Shown here piece after piece: positions 11,601 to 20,600 of a stretch of DNA of 64,000 nt (position 1 is its first letter; the number at the start of each line of letters is the position of its first letter). Location of the stretch: NCBI GenBank assembly GCA_964400385.1, contig CAYNUZ010000001.1, forward strand, positions 62 through 64,061. The letters run 5' to 3'. A program made the translations under genes and the position numbers. This DNA is from an uncultured bacterium. GTDB lineage: Bacteria > Oederibacteriota > CAKKQC01. The notes beneath the pieces were generated by a model that had not been told where the DNA came from, did no database searches, and saw only the letters and a program-made list of their open reading frames with translations.

Positions 11601-14600
11601 TCGATAAACACCGTTCCCACGGGATGCGCAGGATCGACTGTGTAGGTTGCGACAAATGTGTTTGAGGGCCTGAAGATCGTCCACGCCTGGCCGACACTGA
11701 ACCCGGAGTGCGCGGGGTCCACCACAATTTGGCCTGAGCCGTCGCGCACCACCACCTGGAAACTCCCACCCACGACGGAATTCCCGTTGATGCGCGCGTC
11801 GTCGATGAAATACGTGGAAGTGCCGATCACGATTTTCCGGTTGGTGAACCATCCAGCGGGGGGAAGGTTCAGAGGCTCCCCGGGAGAAAATTGCCGAAGG
11901 GTCAGCGGGCTGGTTTGCACCTGCGTCACATCCCCGATGCCGACAATCGTCCCGGTGACGATACCCAGGGTGGGAAAGACTGCCGCCCACGTCATTCCCG
12001 GCTGGATGCCAGCTGCCCGGCCATCGGTGACCTCGGCGCCGGAAAGGGTCTGGAGTAACACGTGCGTCCGGTCGCCCGTCGGGCTGGGCTCCAGAATGAC
12101 TTGTTCGACGAGGAAATGCATCGTTCCGATCGTGATGGGCGTTCCTGGCCAGGCCTCCGCTGACGGAACAACGGTGGTCCCGGACGCAACGGTCACCCGC
12201 TCAAGATGAAGCGCGGAATACAGGGCGGGCTCACCGACCACGGCAATCGTGCCGTTCAACATGGGTACAAGCACCGGCGCCACCCCGGACAACGTTCCCG
12301 CGACCCGGGGAGCGGGCGGCGTCACGGTCAGTACGGGGGGTCCGGAAAGAGTCTTGGTCGACTCCAGGAAGATGCGCACGTCACCGACGCCGGAAGGATC
12401 TGGAGCCGCCTGGATCTTGAACCGGGGCGGTGTGGGATCGGGCATGACCTCATAAGTCGAAAACTCGGAAATCTCGGAGAGAATGAGCTTGTTCGTGGTG
12501 TCCACAAGCGCTCCGACAACTTCGACGTGTTCCACACCGCCCGACCGGGAAAGTCGGAACAAGTTCATGAGGCCTTCAGGAATTCCAGATGGAAGCTGTC
12601 GGGGGTCGTAGTGGACCATGAGGCTCGCCGGGAGAATGACATTGTGGCCGGCGTCCTGCACGAAATCGTTCTTGGACAGTCCGGTTTCGACGCTTCCTGC
12701 TGCTGCGTGGAAATCGAAGATCAGCCCCACCGGAACCTGGTTGTTGGCAAACAAGGGTACCGCCAAGGGATCCAGCTGCCGGATCGAGATGAGCTTCTCG
12801 TTTCCCGCCGTCAGGGCACCCGGGGCAAACTGAAGGAAGACTTCTTCATAGGCGTCGGTGGCGAATCCGCCCTTGTCCGAAATCCGGTGACCCACCTTTG
12901 CCGGAATCGACATCACCTTGGCGTTTCCTGAGGCATCCACGACGGTCAGTACGAGCGTGTACGCCCCGGGCTGCAGTCCGGTGACGTCCCAGTACCCGAG
13001 AATCCCACTCTCGATGCTGACGGTCGACGTCTTGATCGGCACGAGTGGTGCGGAAGACCCCCCGCTTCCGAGCTTCGCTTCGAGCGTGTAAGATCCTCCG
13101 GGTAAGAACTTAGCCGTACCCGTGATTTTGACGAAGACATGGGCAGCGTATGGGACAGGAGAGGGGTCTCGCAGCCGGGTGATCACCTGGTCAGCGAGCT
13201 GCTGCTGATACGACTCCCCACCGCCATATCCCTCCTGGTAGTTTAGCGACGGGCTGGTCAAATGGTCCGTTTGTACGGCAAACGGGGTGGCATCGGTGAA
13301 AATGCTCGACCCGAATGCGGCATCGACGGTAGCAATCACGATGTCAGGATCGGGGGTGGCCGTCTGCGGATAGACGATTCCGCCGATGTACCAGGTGCTC
13401 GTGTGCGGCGTCGTCGCCGGGCCCTCCCCCGCGAAGAAGGATCCGGCATCCGACGGGAACGGCCGCTGGGCCTGCGGGTGCAACTCTTGCAGACGCTCGA
13501 AGATGTTCACCCGATTCGGCTTGTTCCACTTCACCAGGTTGTCGCGCATCGTATCCCCGGTGATCGACCATCTCCGCTTGTCCAGAATCAATTGCGCGGC
13601 GATGGTCGCCTCGATGCCGGTTGCCGAGACTGCCGCACTCAGGAGGGTAGTTGAAACAGCCGCGGTTTCCGCATAACTTGCGGGCGGAACGGGCGGAACC
13701 AGGTTGATATTCCCGATGGTGCCACCGAACAACGGCTGAGGTATGGCAAAGGCATGGAATGTCGAGGGGGTTGGGCTGGCCACTGCGAGTCCGGAATTTT
13801 GAAATGCGAGATGTGTTCGGGTAATCGAGACCGGAAAGTCGCGACCGTACGCCAGATTCACCTGTCCAGATCCCGTGACGACCACGGTGTAGTTTCCTGG
13901 GAACCCAAAGAAACTCCCCTCCGGAGCGCCGCCGCTCCCAGAACTGTCGAAAAGCGTTGATCCGGTGCTTCGAATGACACGGAACAGTGACGATCCGGTC
14001 CGTGCCCAGTACACCAGCAGCTGGTGAGGGTCCAGGGAGACTGTGGCGGAACCTGGCCCCGCCACCGCGAGTCCATAGCGCACGGTTGCAAGCGCCCCAT
14101 AGGTCGCCAGGGTCGCATGGACCGAGCCTGATGTCGTTCTGGCTGCCTTGATCCGGTAACGACCCGGTTTGAGCTGCACGTAAGTATGGATCGAATGGGT
14201 GAACGTCGTGGTGACCAATGCCCCTTGAAAGGTGGTTCCCGAAATCGTCAGGTATGCGTTTCCGGCGATCGTGAGCGTCAAGGGAATCGGTACGGGAGCC
14301 TCTGGAAAACCCTGGATCGAGAAGACAAACCGCGTGCCCGTCGTCGTCGAAGTCGACAATTTGATTTGCGCTCCGCCAAGGCTAGGAGCATAGGGCGTCG
14401 CCAGCGGACCGATGGCGCCGGGCTCGGTGACGACGCCCACATCGATCCCCGCAGCTGCCGGGGACTGGACCGCCACCGTATACTCCGCACCGGACTGCGC
14501 CAGGAATGTCCCGCTCATGCCGGTCAATGCCATACCCGGCCCTGTGATGGAGACGGCTCCCGAACCTCCTGAGCTTTGCCAGAACAGGGGCTCGGTTCTG

Positions 14601-17600
14601 TCAAGCACAAACGAATCCTTGACCTGGACGTTTGACCCTGGAGAAGTAACATTCATGAAGGGAAACAGGATATTGACCGGTTTGCTTTCGTCGAACGAGC
14701 CGCTGAGCGTCCAGAGAAACTCAAGGGCCGAGAGGCTTCCGGGGGTCAGGCGTGTGGTGACGGTGCCCGTCAGCAAACGGTCGATTGAGCCCCAGGCATG
14801 ACTCGTGAAGCCATCGAGCGTGACGAGGTCCGTGTAGTTATTCTTGATCGCCACCTCCGCCAAGCCCGTCGCCACGGCAGAAAATCCACCGACTCCGCCG
14901 AATCCGAATGTGGGGGCCGTGAGGGTCGCGCTGTTCATCCCCGCGGGCGGGTTGACCCGGAAGACGGTCCCCTCCTGGGGTTCATCGACGTGCTGACACA
15001 CGACCCCGCCGATACACTGTCCAGGAGCGTGGGGCTGGGAGAAGGAATCGAAGTGCAGAGTGTGATCAGGGGTCATCCGAAGTTCGAAGGGCCGGCTGAT
15101 GGCGCGGTGTGCGTACAGAAGCTGCGGCGATAGCATCCCGATCGAAGGCAGCGCGGTGTACTGGACACAGAACGGCGTGAAGCCCGGCGCCACGATGTTT
15201 CCCTGGACGTGCGAAGTCCCATGGTGGCATCCGTCGCCGGTCGCACAGGCATGAAGCGTCAGGGTCTGGTTGTATTTGGTGTCGATCAATTCGCCCTTTC
15301 CGCCGCATCCCGTTTCGATGACGTACTGGCTGAAAAGGCCTGAAATGCCGTAGACAGCATCCGCCGGGCCTTCATTCTCTGGTGCCGAGCATCCCCCGCA
15401 ACCGGTGAAGACGGAAACGCTGGCGATCAGATTGAACGGGGCAACGTAGAGCGCGTCCAGGCAGGACTGTGCTGTCCCGCATGGAATTCCTCCGTCGCCG
15501 CCTTCACATTCGTCTACGGTGCGCGCCCCCAGTGGCCCGAAGATGTTGATGCAATCGCCAAGCGGGGCCCCGCCCGCGTACCGCAGGACGCCAGGATGGT
15601 TGACCCACTGCTCAGTCCCGGTCGCCATGGCCCGTGGACGAACAAGATACGGGGCGTCATAGGCTCCTGCCCCGGTGACCGGCATCTCAAAATAAGGCGT
15701 TGGCGTTCCGTCCAGTTCCGCGGAATCGAAGGACGACGTCACCGTCGAGCCGGCAGCTCCCAACACCGTCAGTGACACCAGCAGTTGCGTGGTGCTGAGC
15801 CCCGAGATGGCCGTCAGGCGAGCTGTGTACGCACCAGCGGGAACAACGGCCCCCCCCGTATCCGTACCGTCCCAAGCCGCAGCTGCCGATCCCGCCGCGA
15901 ACGTCGGGCTGGACGCCAGCGTGGAGATCACAGCGTTGCAGCCATCAACGATTTCCATGAGGACGTTGGTGCTTGCTCGGCTCACGCCGTATGTCATCGC
16001 GCTGACCCCTTTGAGGGGATCACCGGGAAGGATCTGCACCGGACTCACTGCCAGCCGGGCACTGTAGGGAATCGTCCAGGTCACGGACTGGGCGTTGACC
16101 TGACCACTTTGTCCGGTCACCGAAAGAGTGACGGTGACCGTACTCGCATCCAACACGCTCACATCGAGGGCGCCGAGCGCGCTCGCCACGACCGACCGTC
16201 GAGCCGTCACCAACACCACCGGCGTTGGATTCGTATTGGTCCAATAGGACAGGGTGTAACCATTCAATGCCTCGGGTATACCCGCTGTCGCCGTCCCGTC
16301 AATTTCAACCTGACCAGACACGATACTTCCGCCGGATGGGGCGCTGATCTGGGCAGTGAGGAAACCGTTTGAGACGACATACGCAGCATCCACCTGACAC
16401 GTTGTTGACGCCAGAACGGGGGCAGTCGAGAACGCTTGTGCATGGTACGTGCAGTCTCCGGGCAACCCGAGGGCAGCGGGATCGAACGTCGCGCGCCACA
16501 CCGCACTCGGATCGGAATCCTTGACTGCCGTCAGAACCACGGGGGTGATTGGGACTCCACTACATGTGGCCGTGACGTCAATGTGGATCGCCGTCGAGTC
16601 CGACCGGGCCACCGATAGCTGGGTGGTCGCCCCGAATGGCGTGGGGCTTGCGGTGAAATTGTAAAATCCTGCGGGATTCGCAATCTGAAACCGTGCGGTA
16701 TCCTGGTCAATCACACCGCCCGTCGCATCCACGAGGAACACCCCGACCTCATACATTCCGTCCTTGAGGCTTCCCACGGGCAGGTCGGCGAGGCGGTCTC
16801 CCGTCACCTGGATCACGGCCGTGGTCGGATCCGCACCGAAATACTGAAGCGGTGTCGTCGGGAGTGGCAAGTAATCGCTGGGTGCGAAATAGGTGACAGA
16901 CAATGGCCGGATCGCAATCCGGTACCCGCTGAAGCCCGCCGGGTTGGACGCGGTGCCGACAATTGCGATCGCCTGACCATCAACGGAAGCATCCAGCAAC
17001 GGCGTACCTGTCGCCGGGTGATTGCCGAGTGCGCTGATGTGCGGCGGGAACTTTCCCTTGATTACGACCACATCAGCGCGGGCGATGTTGCCGGCGATGT
17101 CCATGACTCTCAGCCGGACGGTATAGAGACCGTCGCCCACGTATCCGATCGAGCCGTCCTCACGTTCCCCTCGTCCGTCCCACGCGAGGGCGATGGGTGT
17201 TGCGGCCACGAAGAAATATCGTTTCTGAAAACCGGTCGTGTCAACCACCCCCGTAACCGGGTCGATGCGGGAATCCTCGTCAGCAGTTGCAGAATCGCCG
17301 ATGTAAGCCAACGTCGCGGAGACCCCCTGCTCGATGCCCTGCGCCAGCACTGCAACCCTTCGCCCGCTGGATGCGTCAAGCACTTCAGCATCCACAAACA
17401 CTCTCGGACTTGCACCGGTCTTGACCGAAACGAAAACATGCGCGAGCGGCCGGCCCGATGACGCCAGCTCGGGACTGAAGATGAGCGGGGAACTGAACGG
17501 CGGAGGCGAAAGCAGGGGGGCCGAGTTCGCCGGGAGCGCCAGGAACCGCGAGGTCAAGTCATTCGTCTCTGCGAAGAACGTGAATCCGCCCGGCTGCAGC

Positions 17601-20600
17601 TCGGTCGTGATCAGGACCCGGTCTCCCACCGCCCGGACTCCGGTCGGAGTGTTCGCCACCGCCCCCAGTGTTTCACTGTGGGATGTGATCTCCTCGTACA
17701 GTCCGAGATTCTCCTCGAGTATTGCCTCCCGATGAACCACATCGCCGATGGATGTCCCGAAAAGGCCGAGGTTGAGATCAAGATCCCGGTGCGCGTAATG
17801 GACAGTCAGTCTCGCGCCCTGGTTCTGGGCAAAGTCTCCGACTCCAAGACGCGGCATGACATCCCATAGCGGCCCAATCGTCTGCATCTCCGAGGAGAGC
17901 GGCGAAGCCGGCGGGCCCCCAATCGAATACACGTTGACGTACCGAATTCCAGCGTCGGGGTTGGAGGCCCCTCCGCTGAACTGCACCTCCAGCTTGTCAT
18001 ATGGGTCGGACACGATCGTGGGATTCGTCTCTGCCGGATCGATTGGGACGCCCAGGAAGAAGGCCTCCTGGTCCACTTCCTGGAGGCCTGAAAATCCCGC
18101 GAGGTGCTCCTGATAGATGGTGGCGGAGGGCCGGAATGGTCCTTTGGTGTATGCGAATGGGGCGCCACCGGCCAGGGGCGGCAAATGATTGTCGGTCATC
18201 CGCATCCTCAGGGCATACCGTCCTGCGAGCTCGAGCGGCGAGGTCTTCCATTCGGCCATCCGCCGTACAATCGCCCCTGGCACCGGGGTCGTGAACTCAG
18301 CGATCGTATGACCCGGGTCGATGAAATCTCCCGCACCGGGCTGATCCGGACCTTCCAGTCCACGGAATTCCAGACGTGCTTTCTGGAATCCCAGCGAGTC
18401 CCCATTTCCGATCATCGTCAAGAACATCGCGCCCTGGTAATGCGGCCGAAGCTGGACCAGGAAGGAGGTCGTCGGCGATCCGAATGCCGGAAAGGGCACG
18501 GATCCGATTTCAAGACCGGTTGCGGGGTCGACGAAGGCCACGTCGGGATGCGGCTGATTATCGGAGGTGAACGCTTTCAGAATATTTCCTGCGACGGTGG
18601 CCGGAACCGTCACCAGATCACTCGGCAACTCACCAGGAGCCGCAGCAAGGTAAGTCAGACGGCCGGTGCCGAACGTACTCTGCGCGCCCGTGGCCCTCCA
18701 GGTGTAGCTGGTTGTCGCCCGGGCTACGGAATCACGGTGTGGGAACTGAGTCCCGTCGACGTAGACATGCAGCGTTTGGGAGACCTCATGCCCTGCTGCA
18801 TTCGCCGCGGTCACCTTGACGAGGTGCAGCCCGCCATGCGGCAGGGGCATTTTGATCCGGAAGAAGGCATTTCCGGTCGATCCATCCTCGTCCGTCGTGA
18901 TCGTGTCGAGGTCCAGGGCCGCCTCGAAGACTTGGCCGTCATCCGCCTGGGCCGAGATCTTGACCAGGTGCGGGAGGTAATCCGAGACGTGGCCCTCCAA
19001 TGTCAGGATCGCCCGATTGGTGTTGTATCCAATGACGCCCCCATCGGCTGGATGCGTGATCGTGAGAACCGGAGGCGGGTCCAGCAGCTCCATGATCTGC
19101 CCACCCGCCTGGTGTGCGGCCCCCCGGTAAGCGAAACTCCCGAAGGCGTCTCCGGAGCTCCCCAGCAATGGCAAGCCGGCTGCCGCGTCGCCGAGACTCG
19201 AAATTCGATCGCCCGTTCCCAATGTCTGTTGATGCACTACTCCACCGGAACCGGTGAACCGGCTGATCAGTCCGCTGGCGACGCCGCTCTGTGCTCCCAG
19301 GAGCGCGGAGAAATTCCCCTTTCCCGTTTCGGTGAGGGCGTCGTAGAAAGCGAGGAACTGGAACAGGTGGTCGATGAACGGGGTCGCGAGCTGCAACGCG
19401 GTCAGCACCTGGTGGGTCGCCACCGCGGCGCTATCCATCGTAAAATTCTTGTTGTTGCTCGTCGTATCGTCGGACTGGAGGATGCTCACACTCCTGATAT
19501 GGGCCGGCAGCGATCGAAGCCGGTTCACCCGGTCCTCTGTATCGTGATACAACGCGCGCAGCGTGAGATATCCGTCGAGGATCCCGCAATCCTGCGGCCT
19601 TTCCCCCAGCAGACAGGTCGTCCCATTTCCCAGTGCGTTGAGCACCAGCCCCTTGTATTGGCTTCCTCCTGGCAGCTTGTTGAACAGACCGGATGCGGAA
19701 CTGCTGACCTGGTCGGCATAGGTGTACGCCTCGCACTTGAGAACATCCTCGGAATGTTCAAGGAGATAGGTCGCGGATGAGAACAGCTCGTCGGGGATGG
19801 CCCAGAATTCACCGTCCAGTCCAGACACCACGGCCAGATATGCGTCAATGATGGAATAAGCCTCCGAGAGATTCTCGAAGGCAATCATGAGGTCTTCGCC
19901 GTCACGCAGGACCTGCTGGAGACCCGGATCGCCAAGGGGCGAATTGTTGTAGAGGAGATGGCCAACGAACCCTCCTACGCTCTCCGCTGGGTCGGTGAGA
20001 AGGTCGTTGACCGGGGTTGTCTGATCGCCGAATGCCATCAATTTTGCCCGCAACGCCGTCACGTGGCCGGACAGCCCCATCGCCGCCCGTTGCGCGCTGA
20101 TGTCGTTAAGACGGTTCCTGAGATCGTCCTTCACAATCTTGGGGTCCTTGTCGGTGGAGACTCCGCACAGGTTTGTGTCGATTCCACGGCCTGACAGTAT
20201 TCCCGAGAACATGTCGTGCATGCCCGAAGGGATCTTCGGAAACACCAGATGCCACGGAACATACCCGCGGAATCGAAGATTGATTCCGGAGAACGTTTTC
20301 AAATAATCAAGGTCGGCTTTGAGGCTGATGTCGAGGTTCAGGTCCAAGTGGCCGAACCGAAAACCCGGCGGGGTGAATGCGGTCCCCGGAAGCGCCTCGC
20401 CGGGCACCGACCCCTTGCTCACGATATTGACCGACAAGGTGTGGTGCTCGTCCTGACCCGGCTGGCAGGCGACACAACTGCCCGTGTCCCCGTTCACGAA
20501 CCCCTGGACGGCACCGGTCGTTTCCGAGTCACCCAACGTGTCCAGCACGTGACCCGCGGTGTCCGTTGCGGTGACATGAAAGTGGTTCCCACCGTTCAAG

